A stretch of 64,000 nucleotides of DNA from a virus. The stretch's first letter is position 1. The number at the start of each line of letters is the position of its first letter. Positions 1 to 7,853 of the stretch are shown here, in pieces. Under the pieces are notes generated by a model that made no database searches, was not told the origin of the DNA, and saw nothing but the letters and a program-made list of their open reading frames with translations. The stretch lies in the IMG/VR virus record IMGVR_UViG_3300032294_002823. One strand, written 5' to 3'. The position numbers and the translations under genes were made by a program.

Positions 1-345
1 ACTGAAGCTCCAACGACAACCACAACAACAGCGGCACCGACAACAACGACAACAACTGAAGCTCCAGCAACAACGACAACAACTGAAGCTCCAACGACAA
101 CCACAACAACAGCGGCACCGACAACAACGACAACAACTGAAGCTCCAGCAACAACGACAACAACAGGAGCTCCAGCAACAACGACGACAACAGCGGCACC
201 GACAACAACGACAACAACTGAAGCTCCAACGACAACAACGACAACAACAACTGAAGCTCCAACGACAACGACAACATCCACAACTACAACAACATCCACA
301 ACTACAACATCTACGACAACCACGACAACTGCGGCACCAACTACA
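1..345 (+). repeat. Coding tandem repeats (81-bp unit at 1 and 82; shorter ACA/ACG-rich units), reused at about 850-1035
   Basis: actgaagctccaacgacaaccacaacaacagcggcaccg occurs at 1 and 82; gaagctccagcaacaacgacaaca units recur at about 915-990. Confidence 0.85.
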
Positions 346-1185
346 ACACTCTGTTATAGTTCAACATTGGGACTTTCAGGTGTTCAAGGAAGTATATCTG
401 GAGCATGTTCAGCCGCAGCACAATTCACATATTATGTGGGTGGAACCAAGTTGTATACTGACTCGGGATGTGGTACATTTGCATCTAATGGGTATTACGG
501 AGATGGCGGCGGGGTATATTATCAAGTAACAGGCGCAGGTAACTTGACAGGACCAACATCGTGCCCAAGTGTCACAACAACTTCAACCACAACTACAACT
601 ACAGCAGCAACAACAACTACAACATCTTCGTGTATCTCACAGGGTATTAACTTAACAGGTCCCGCAGGAACCGCCGGAGAAGCATGTGCATTGAATGAAA
701 TAGGTGACATCTCAGTGTATGGAAGTGGTGGATTCTACTACACTAATCCTTCATGTACAACTTTTGTAGCAACAGGATTCTACAAGTCAGGATCTGATTA
801 TTATTATGCTGACGGAAGTGGTGGATTAACAGGTCCTACCGTTTGTGGAACAACAACCACAACAACTGCGGCACCGACAACGACAACAACTGCGGCACCG
901 ACAACGACAACAACTGAAGCTCCAGCAACAACGACAACAACTGAAGCTCCAGCAACAACGACAACAACAGGAGCTCCAGCAACAACGACAACAGCAGCAA
1001 CAACAACGACAACAGCAGCAACAACAACGACAACATGTGCTATAGGATGTGTAAACGGTAGTAGAACATGTATAGGTGACGTTGCTGTATGTGACCTTCA
1101 AAGTGACGATTGTTCAATCATATATGGATATACGTTAGAAACATGTGATCCTGGCTGTTGTGCAGGTGGTTTTTGTATCTGCTAA
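1..1185 (+). CDS. Thr-rich mucin-like protein with two 4-Cys modules and a 10-Cys C-terminal domain (5' end outside window); putative virion surface/fibre protein
   Basis: Frame 1 is open from base 1 (TEAPTTTTTTAAPTT...) into the 367..1185 ORF. It has TTTTT(EA/AA/GA)P repeats, two homologous modules ending GNLTGPTSC and GGLTGPTVC, and a terminal CAIGC...GCCAGGFCIC. Confidence 0.8.
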   Translation, partial: TEAPTTTTTTAAPTTTTTTEAPATTTTTEAPTTTTTTAAPTTTTTTEAPATTTTTGAPATTTTTAAPTTTTTTEAPTTTTTTTTEAPTTTTTSTTTTTSTTTTSTTTTTTAAPTTTLCYSSTLGLSGVQGSISGACSAAAQFTYYVGGTKLYTDSGCGTFASNGYYGDGGGVYYQVTGAGNLTGPTSCPSVTTTSTTTTTTAATTTTTSSCISQGINLTGPAGTAGEACALNEIGDISVYGSGGFYYTNPSCTTFVATGFYKSGSDYYYADGSGGLTGPTVCGTTTTTTAAPTTTTTAAPTTTTTEAPATTTTTEAPATTTTTGAPATTTTAATTTTTAATTTTTCAIGCVNGSRTCIGDVAVCDLQSDDCSIIYGYTLETCDPGCCAGGFCIC

Positions 1186-1214
1186 ATCATTAACAACAAG
1201 GTGATATTTACTTT

Positions 1215-2165
1215 ATGAAAAAATTGCGTTACATATCAACTCAACCTGCCATTGATTATTACACATGGCAGGTTGAGGTTATGATACATAACTTTTTAAA
1301 GAATGGTGTGAACGGAAATCACATAGATATTGTCTCCTCTTATAAAGGAACTGTTCCTGACAATTGGAGAAAATTACAGAACAAGTACAATTACATAAGA
1401 TTTTTTTTCTATGAAGATACCCGGGTAGATTCCATTTATCCGGTGACGATTCGTCCACATCTTCTGAAGAAACATTTTGCAGAGCACCCATATTTGGTGG
1501 ATGATGCCATCATGTACCATGATACAGATATTGTATTCACTAAGCCTGTGAATTGGGACCATTATTTGCATGATGATGTATGGTATGGCAGCGATGTTAT
1601 TGGATATCTAGGTTCCAAATATATTCAAAGTAAGAAGTATGGTGTGTATGAACGTATGTGTGATATTGTGGGATTGGAAGAATCCATACCAGAAGAAAAT
1701 GAATTGAACACAATAGGCGCGCAAATCATCATGAAAAATACAACTGTTGAATACTGGGAAAAGGTTGAAAAAGATTGTGAACTTCTTTATCAGTTCTTTT
1801 GCGACCATTTGAAAGCATTCCCAGAGCGTTGTTTAAATAACTACCACCCAATACAGAAATGGACAGCAGAAATGTGGGCTCTATTATGGAATGCGTGGAA
1901 ATTTGGACATGTTACAAAGATAGCAGATGATATGGACTTTTCTTGGCCTATGCATAATCTTGACAGTTGGGAAAAACATTTTATATTTCATAACGCAGGT
2001 GTAATAGCTAAAACTGCGGTAGAAGATAAAATGTTCTTCAAGGGTAATTATGTTGACGGTAAACTTCCCTTTGATATCAGGTTAGAAGATTTTGATGAGA
2101 ATAAATGTACATATAAGTATGTACAAGAGATTTTAGAAACTAAGGAAAAGACATGTCTACTATAA
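1215..2165 (+). CDS. GT-A glycosyltransferase resembling peptidyl O-glycosyltransferases (HPAT/SERGT-like)
   Basis: DxD motif in YHDTDIVFTKP, plus YYTWQ, IRPHLL and KWTAEMWA in the order of the Y..WQ / N(R/K)P / W..EMY blocks recalled for GT95/GT96. Confidence 0.6.
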   Translation: MKKLRYISTQPAIDYYTWQVEVMIHNFLKNGVNGNHIDIVSSYKGTVPDNWRKLQNKYNYIRFFFYEDTRVDSIYPVTIRPHLLKKHFAEHPYLVDDAIMYHDTDIVFTKPVNWDHYLHDDVWYGSDVIGYLGSKYIQSKKYGVYERMCDIVGLEESIPEENELNTIGAQIIMKNTTVEYWEKVEKDCELLYQFFCDHLKAFPERCLNNYHPIQKWTAEMWALLWNAWKFGHVTKIADDMDFSWPMHNLDSWEKHFIFHNAGVIAKTAVEDKMFFKGNYVDGKLPFDIRLEDFDENKCTYKYVQEILETKEKTCLL

Positions 2166-2866
2166 AACTACCAATAGAATGTGTTGAAACTAGAAAAAAA
2201 TATATCTTGTTTAAAAATGATTGTGGAGTTTCAGACCATGCTCGTTGGGGTAGTGTTTATGAATCATACACTTATGATTATATCAAAAAACATATACACA
2301 CAACTAACACAAACATCATTGACATAGGTGCAAATTTTGGATTCCACACGTTGGAATTTGCCGATTTAGTAGGTAATGGAAAAGTATTTTCTTTTGAGCC
2401 ACAACTTCTGGTATATTATCAACTTTGTGGTAACATTATTTTAAATGGATTAAGTAATGTCGTAGCGAAAAATATTGGTGTAGGTGACACAGCTACAACC
2501 TTGAAAATGCAGAATCCTAATTACTTTTCAGAAAGTAAAATTAATATAGGTGATTCTCATTTGGATTGTATTATCGAAGAAAATTTTAATGAGGTTGATG
2601 TACGAACCTTAGATTCTTTCAACATAGAAAATGTTTCAGTTATAAAAATTGATGTTCAAGGATTTGAACCTAGGGTGTTGGATGGTGCCAAAGAAACAAT
2701 TGAAAAAAATAAACCTCATATCTTTATAGAAATTGAACCTCCACAGTTGGCTTTGTATGGATACACCCCAGAGGACATTTTTAATAGATTAGATAATATG
2801 AATTACACCTTTGAAAAAACCATGGACTCTCCTCACCTTTTTGATTACGTGGCATTTCCAAAATGA
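2153..2866 (+). CDS. FkbM-family SAM-dependent methyltransferase
   Basis: IIDIGANFGFHT, VFSFEP and IKIDVQGFE motifs. Confidence 0.9.
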   Translation: MSTIKLPIECVETRKKYILFKNDCGVSDHARWGSVYESYTYDYIKKHIHTTNTNIIDIGANFGFHTLEFADLVGNGKVFSFEPQLLVYYQLCGNIILNGLSNVVAKNIGVGDTATTLKMQNPNYFSESKINIGDSHLDCIIEENFNEVDVRTLDSFNIENVSVIKIDVQGFEPRVLDGAKETIEKNKPHIFIEIEPPQLALYGYTPEDIFNRLDNMNYTFEKTMDSPHLFDYVAFPK

Positions 2867-3657
2867 AGAAAATTAGTTTTGTATGTACGACATTTAGACG
2901 ATTCACATGTGTTAAGAGAATAGTTGCTCAGTTCTATGCACAAACATATCCCAATAAAGAATTGATTATTTTCAACACGGATATGGAATACCCATACTCT
3001 AAAAACTTCCAAGATGATTCAGTTATCATTGTGAATAATGATAAAGATTATCTGACAGGTGCAGATTATATTAATCGTGCACAAATTTGTAGAGATGCTG
3101 TGACACATGCAACAGGTGAGTATTTCATGTTGGCGGACGATGATGACATATATTTACCTTGGCATATGCAACAAGCAGTAGATAGAATTGAAGAAGATGG
3201 TACAGATGCCTGGAAACCTCAAAAAAGTTTTTTTGCGACAGGCAATCGTGTTGAACTATCTCAAAACGTCATGGAAGCTAGTATAATAATTAAGATGGAA
3301 AGAATACGAGAAATTGGATTTAACGAAGGTGAGACAACAGGCCTTGAAGGTATGTCATGGTACAATGTACTGAAACAGGAAGGACACATTGTCGAAGATT
3401 ATGCATATGCTGTCCCTGGATATTCTTTTAATTGGTCTGATCCCGTTGATATTGGCGGAAATAAACAAAGTAGTACAATAGGACGAGAAAATAATTTTGA
3501 ATTGCATAAACTAGAAACTAAAGATTATGCAACATCTCCCTTAGAAAAAATCTTGGAGACAAGAGAAATTTATGAAAAATACTATGACTTTTTTAGAAAA
3601 AATTTACATCTTTTTGAACCTATACTATTGAAAAAATATGTTACCAAATTCATTTAA
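2863..3657 (+). CDS. Glycosyltransferase family 2
   Basis: ISFVCTTFRR...QTYPNKELII and ATGEYFMLADDDDIYLP. Confidence 0.85.
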   Translation: MKKISFVCTTFRRFTCVKRIVAQFYAQTYPNKELIIFNTDMEYPYSKNFQDDSVIIVNNDKDYLTGADYINRAQICRDAVTHATGEYFMLADDDDIYLPWHMQQAVDRIEEDGTDAWKPQKSFFATGNRVELSQNVMEASIIIKMERIREIGFNEGETTGLEGMSWYNVLKQEGHIVEDYAYAVPGYSFNWSDPVDIGGNKQSSTIGRENNFELHKLETKDYATSPLEKILETREIYEKYYDFFRKNLHLFEPILLKKYVTKFI

Positions 3658-4306
3658 TGACGTAGCCAATATCATTGATACATCGTCTGTACCCATTTTA
3701 ATACTTGTGATATCTGAAGGGTGTGAAAATGGATTAAGACCTGAACAACAGCAATTAGAACAAAAGCTACAAGAACATCCTACACCTGTGGTATATTACA
3801 CCTTGTGTATCCCAGAACATCTCATGGGATTCCCTCGCGCGCACACGCCCACGCTATACTATTTTCTGCCGAAAAATCAAACGCCTGTGTTTTGGCGTTT
3901 TGCGGTATTCAATAATACATTGAATGATGATTTAAACATCATCACAAAAATGATGACAGGATTGACATATGACCAAGCTCGTTTCACACCTGAAGAACAA
4001 GAAACCATTTTAAAGGTTGATTATTTTTTAGAACAGGAGAAGGAAACTATCCATAACTTTCCTTCGGTATTTCAACAGGCACGAAGTCTCGCCAAAGAAA
4101 TGTGGAAAACAGGAAAAAACGCCGCAAAGGGGTTACCTGTCATTGTTCCCACTGAAGTGGGATTTGAACGTATGAATACCTGTCAGTCATGTGACAAGTT
4201 GGAAAAAGAAACATTTCGTTGTACTGAATGTGGTTGTTTCATGAAAGCCAAGACTCAGCTCGCCTCAGCATCATGTCCGTTAAATAAATGGGCACCACAT
4301 GTATAA
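3638..4306 (+). CDS. Thioredoxin-like N-terminal domain fused to a Cys-cluster C-terminal domain (DUF6171-like)
   Basis: ILVISEGC...TPTLYYF resembles a Trx fold; C-terminal RMNTCQSC...CTECGCFMKAKT...SCPLNKW. Confidence 0.5.
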   Translation: MLPNSFNDVANIIDTSSVPILILVISEGCENGLRPEQQQLEQKLQEHPTPVVYYTLCIPEHLMGFPRAHTPTLYYFLPKNQTPVFWRFAVFNNTLNDDLNIITKMMTGLTYDQARFTPEEQETILKVDYFLEQEKETIHNFPSVFQQARSLAKEMWKTGKNAAKGLPVIVPTEVGFERMNTCQSCDKLEKETFRCTECGCFMKAKTQLASASCPLNKWAPHV

Positions 4307-4309
4307 ATA
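4302..4309 (+). promoter_or_regulatory. T4-type late promoter (gp55 sigma)
   Basis: TATAAATA upstream of the gene at 4338. Confidence 0.8.
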
Positions 4310-4337
4310 CTATAGAACGATTAATTAGGATTTCTCA

Positions 4338-4751
4338 ATGGCAACGTTAACATTACGAACAGTTAAAGGATCAACATTAACACATCAAGAACTTGATGAC
4401 AATCTCTCAAACTTGAATAGTTTCAAGGTTGAAGGTCGTGCAGGAACGTTAACAACAACAAGTACGTCATCAAATCAACTATTGGATTCTGTTGCAGCTT
4501 CTTCTGTTCGAACATTGCGATACATCGTTCAAGTTGCCAACACAACTACGAGTGAGTTTCATGCCACATCTCTCATGATTATTCATGATGGAACCACTGT
4601 GTATTTAACTGAATATGGCACTGTATTGACAGGAAATTCGTTGGCAACATTTGATGCTGATATTAATGGTGGAAATCTTCGTATTTTAGTTACGCCTACA
4701 AATGCATCATCAACGGTGTTTCGTTTTTCTGCTATGACAATTCAGGCATAA
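4338..4751 (+). CDS. Virion structural protein; C-terminal beta domain shared with the 7854..9794 fibre
   Basis: N-terminal TLRTVKGSTLTHQELDDNL; IHDGTTVYLTEYG...FDADINGGNLRILVTPT parallels the C-terminus of 7854..9794. Confidence 0.6.
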   Translation: MATLTLRTVKGSTLTHQELDDNLSNLNSFKVEGRAGTLTTTSTSSNQLLDSVAASSVRTLRYIVQVANTTTSEFHATSLMIIHDGTTVYLTEYGTVLTGNSLATFDADINGGNLRILVTPTNASSTVFRFSAMTIQA

Positions 4752-4761
4752 TTTCAAAAAT

Positions 4762-4769
4762 TATAAATA
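4762..4769 (+). promoter_or_regulatory. T4-type late promoter
   Basis: TATAAATA immediately upstream of 4778. Confidence 0.75.
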
Positions 4770-4777
4770 TTCAACAT

Positions 4778-5110
4778 ATGGCAACTGTTCGTAACTTAGT
4801 CATTGACCAAGGTAGTACATATTCAATTTCCATTGAACTGTCTGATGCCTTTGGCAATCCTTTAGATTTAACTGATTATACCATTCGTGCCCAAATGCGT
4901 AAAAGTTATGGGTCGAACACGTATACTCAATTCACAACTTCCGCAGGTGATGAACCTGAGAATGGGACAATTACATTATCATTAACATCAACTCAAACAC
5001 GAGCATTACGTTTTGGTCGTTATGTCTATGATATTGAAATTGAAAATGATGATGTAGTTACCAGAGTTCTTGAAGGAATAGTAACCGTAACACCCGAGGT
5101 CACACGATAA
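4778..5110 (+). CDS. Virion structural protein (baseplate/fibre adaptor-like Ig fold)
   Basis: NLVIDQGS...DLTDYT.RAQMRK...GRYVYDIE...RVLEG.VTVTPEVT, a pattern common in T4-like environmental phages; late promoter upstream. Confidence 0.65.
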   Translation: MATVRNLVIDQGSTYSISIELSDAFGNPLDLTDYTIRAQMRKSYGSNTYTQFTTSAGDEPENGTITLSLTSTQTRALRFGRYVYDIEIENDDVVTRVLEGIVTVTPEVTR

Positions 5111-5322
5111 TGGCACTCAAAGTACAAGTATCAACACCTCAAAGAATTAATACAAATGTAAAAAAGGTTTCGTTACCTCTAGTTAATCTAGAAGAATTGA
5201 AGAATGTGAATAAAGCTAATTTAGAAGATGGTGCCACTTTGATATGGAATGAGACGGAACAACGTTGGGATGCGCAGCAAATTCAAGCGATAGCAACAAA
5301 CATAGATGGTGGAACATATTAA
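5110..5322 (+). CDS. Small structural protein with C-terminal DGGTY tag
   Basis: LEELKNV...DGATLIWN...RW fibre-type repeat; ends IDGGTY; translationally coupled to the upstream gene. Confidence 0.6.
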   Translation: MALKVQVSTPQRINTNVKKVSLPLVNLEELKNVNKANLEDGATLIWNETEQRWDAQQIQAIATNIDGGTY

Positions 5323-5343
5323 AAACTTCAAAGGAGATTTTCC

Positions 5344-7050
5344 ATGTCAACAGTAATTCAAATTAAGCGTTCTTCAGGATCAACAGCACCAGCAACATCT
5401 GCCTTAGCAGAAGGCGAATTAGCGTATAGTCAAGACCGCTCCAACAGCGGCGCCGGCGCCATTCTTTACATCGAATCTGTAGGTTCAGATGGCACAACAC
5501 AAGTTATTGATAAAGTAGGTGGTAAATACTACACCAACACAGTTGATGCCTTCTTAGTTCCTGCCACAGGATCAGCAGGTGCAAAGGTGGAATTAAAGGA
5601 TGCTGACGCATCAAATTCCATCACATTAAAGGCACCTAACACAGTTGCAGCGAACGTTACATACACATTACCTTCAACATTCAGTGCAGACCAATATTTA
5701 AAGACTGACGGTTCAGGTAATCTTTCATTCGCTGCCGTTCCATCAGGATCCTTCACACTTGCAGCTGACACAGGCACTGACACTTTCACAACAGGTGAAA
5801 CATTAACATTCACTGGCGGTGAAGGTATTGATACATCAGTTAGCGATAACACCATCACAATTTCTGCCGAAGATGCATCTGATACCAACAAGGGTATTGC
5901 ATCATTTAACAGTACCAACTTCACAGTATCATCAGGTGCTGTAACCATCAATTCTGTTGAAGCCACTAAGGTTAATATTGCAGGTGGCACATCATTAACA
6001 TCATTGGCTGATTCTGATGAATTCTTGGTCTATGATGCCTCAGCAGAAGCAAATCGTCGCATCACAGCAGAAAACGTTGCAGATTACATCTATGCCGGAT
6101 TGTCAGGTGACATCAGTGTAACTGAAGCAGGTGTAGTTTCTATTGCCGCTAACTCAGTAGCACTAGGCACAGACACAACAGGTAACTATGTTGCCACTGT
6201 TGCGGGTACTGCAAATCAAATTTCCATCACTGGCTCAGGCTCAGAAAATGCCGCTGTTACAGTTGCATTAACTGACGATGTGGCATTGGTAGGTGATTTG
6301 ACAGTTGGTGGTAACGACATCAAGATGAGTGGTGGCACAACAGCCATTACATTCTCAGGTTCAGGTGATGTTGCCGTTACTGGTGATTTGAAGGTTGGTG
6401 GTAACGACATCAAGACAGCCAACGGAGCAACTGCTTTAACACTTTCAGATTCAACAGGTAATGTTGAAGTTAAGGGTGATTTACAAGTTACAGGTAACGA
6501 TATCAAGTCATCAACAGGCGCAACAGCTTTAACACTTGATGGCGCTAACGTAACTGTGGCAGGTAACTTAACAGTTAACGGTTCATCAACAATTGTAAAC
6601 TCAACAACTGTAACAATTGATGACGTACTCTTGAAGTTGGCTGATAACAACACAGGCAACTCAGTTGACTCAGGTGTCTATGCTGAATATGTTGAATCAT
6701 CAACAACCAAATATGCTGGTTTCTTCCGCGATGCGTCTGATAACAACATCTTCAAGTTCTTCAAAGGATTAGAATCAGAACCATCAACAACTGTTAACGT
6801 AAGTGGTACAGGTTACTCAGTTGGTACAATCTTAGCCAACTTGACAGGCGGTACTGTTTCAAGTCTAGCAGCAGCAATTGGTGTTGCCGATGGTGGTACA
6901 GGAGCCACAACATTAACAAGTAACGGTGTATTGTATGGTAACGGTACAAGTGCCATTCAAGCAACAGCAGCAGGTACAGCGGGATACTTCTTGTATTCAA
7001 ACAACGGCACGCCTGCTTGGACTAACGTAGTAGATGGTGGTACTTACTAA
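5344..7050 (+). CDS. Tail fibre-like structural protein
   Basis: N-terminal IQIKRS...LAEGELA domain; three GDL.V.GNDIK repeats; ends VDGGTY; SD aaggag upstream. Confidence 0.75.
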   Translation: MSTVIQIKRSSGSTAPATSALAEGELAYSQDRSNSGAGAILYIESVGSDGTTQVIDKVGGKYYTNTVDAFLVPATGSAGAKVELKDADASNSITLKAPNTVAANVTYTLPSTFSADQYLKTDGSGNLSFAAVPSGSFTLAADTGTDTFTTGETLTFTGGEGIDTSVSDNTITISAEDASDTNKGIASFNSTNFTVSSGAVTINSVEATKVNIAGGTSLTSLADSDEFLVYDASAEANRRITAENVADYIYAGLSGDISVTEAGVVSIAANSVALGTDTTGNYVATVAGTANQISITGSGSENAAVTVALTDDVALVGDLTVGGNDIKMSGGTTAITFSGSGDVAVTGDLKVGGNDIKTANGATALTLSDSTGNVEVKGDLQVTGNDIKSSTGATALTLDGANVTVAGNLTVNGSSTIVNSTTVTIDDVLLKLADNNTGNSVDSGVYAEYVESSTTKYAGFFRDASDNNIFKFFKGLESEPSTTVNVSGTGYSVGTILANLTGGTVSSLAAAIGVADGGTGATTLTSNGVLYGNGTSAIQATAAGTAGYFLYSNNGTPAWTNVVDGGTY

Positions 7051-7071
7051 TAACTTTTTAAAGGATTCGTT

Positions 7072-7254
7072 ATGGACACACAAAAACTTTTGAATAAGTA
7101 CATTGCCTCTTTGGGTGAGCAAGTTAAGCAGTTAACAATGGAAAAAACAATGTTGTCTGCTCAACTTGCCATCGCCCAAGAGGAATTGGAAGAATTGAAA
7201 AAGAAGTTAGATACTTCCCCATCAACTGAAGAAAATAATCAATGGCAACAATAA
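7072..7254 (+). CDS. Small coiled-coil protein (possible fibre chaperone)
   Basis: Heptad pattern; SD aagga; lies within the fibre operon. Confidence 0.55.
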   Translation: MDTQKLLNKYIASLGEQVKQLTMEKTMLSAQLAIAQEELEELKKKLDTSPSTEENNQWQQ

Positions 7255-7595
7255 TTAAGCTTAAAAGAAGCGAGTTAGCATTAGCTATACCAACCGTCAA
7301 TGATTTGGCGGTTGGTGAACTTGCTATAAATACTGTTGATAAAGTTTTCTACATCAAAACATCAGGTAATCTGGTTGTTCCTGTTGCCAATTATGTTGAT
7401 ATTGATGCTGAAGCAATTGATAATCGGTTAGAAATTTTAGAAGATGCTTTGATAGGAGCAACATTTCCCATAGGCGATTATGGAAATTTAAATGCTCTTT
7501 CTGTGGACGCTTTTGGTATTTCCGTTAGTCCCACGTATGACTGCTTAAATACTCCTATAGGAGCAGTAGCAGAAATAGATTTAGGCGCATTCTAA
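7242..7595 (+). CDS. Small fibre-associated structural protein
   Basis: IIKLKRS...LAVGELAINTVD N-domain like 5344; ends IDLGAF. Confidence 0.6.
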   Translation: MATIIKLKRSELALAIPTVNDLAVGELAINTVDKVFYIKTSGNLVVPVANYVDIDAEAIDNRLEILEDALIGATFPIGDYGNLNALSVDAFGISVSPTYDCLNTPIGAVAEIDLGAF

Positions 7596-7612
7596 ATATA
7601 GAGGTAACTTCA

Positions 7613-7819
7613 ATGCCAACACCAACTGTCGTACAATTTCGTAGAGGTACTACAGCACAAAACAATTTGTTTACAGGAGCAGAAGGAGAAATTTCTGTAG
7701 ACATTTCTAAAGGAACCATTCGCGTCCATGACGCAGTAACACCGGGTGGGCATGAGTTGATGAAAGTAGATTTAACCAACGTTGCAAATAACGCCAGTTT
7801 GGATGGCGGAACATATTAA
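7613..7819 (+). CDS. Stand-alone fibre N-terminal (Mtd_N-like) domain protein
   Basis: VQFRRGTTAQNNLFTGAEGEISVD...HDAVTPGG, near-identical to the N-terminus of 7854; ends LDGGTY. Confidence 0.7.
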   Translation: MPTPTVVQFRRGTTAQNNLFTGAEGEISVDISKGTIRVHDAVTPGGHELMKVDLTNVANNASLDGGTY

Positions 7820-7853
7820 TGAAAAATACATGACCCGCTTAGGAGAATAATAG

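Noticed and set aside
1-345. Possible CRISPR array
   Set aside because: The repeats are contiguous and in frame, with no unique spacers and no cas genes.
826-1101. Poly-Cys, poly-Leu and poly-Gln ORFs (826..1101 -, 836..1036 -, 845..1045 +)
   Set aside because: They are alternative-frame readings of the ACA/ACG Thr repeats, with no SD or independent signal.
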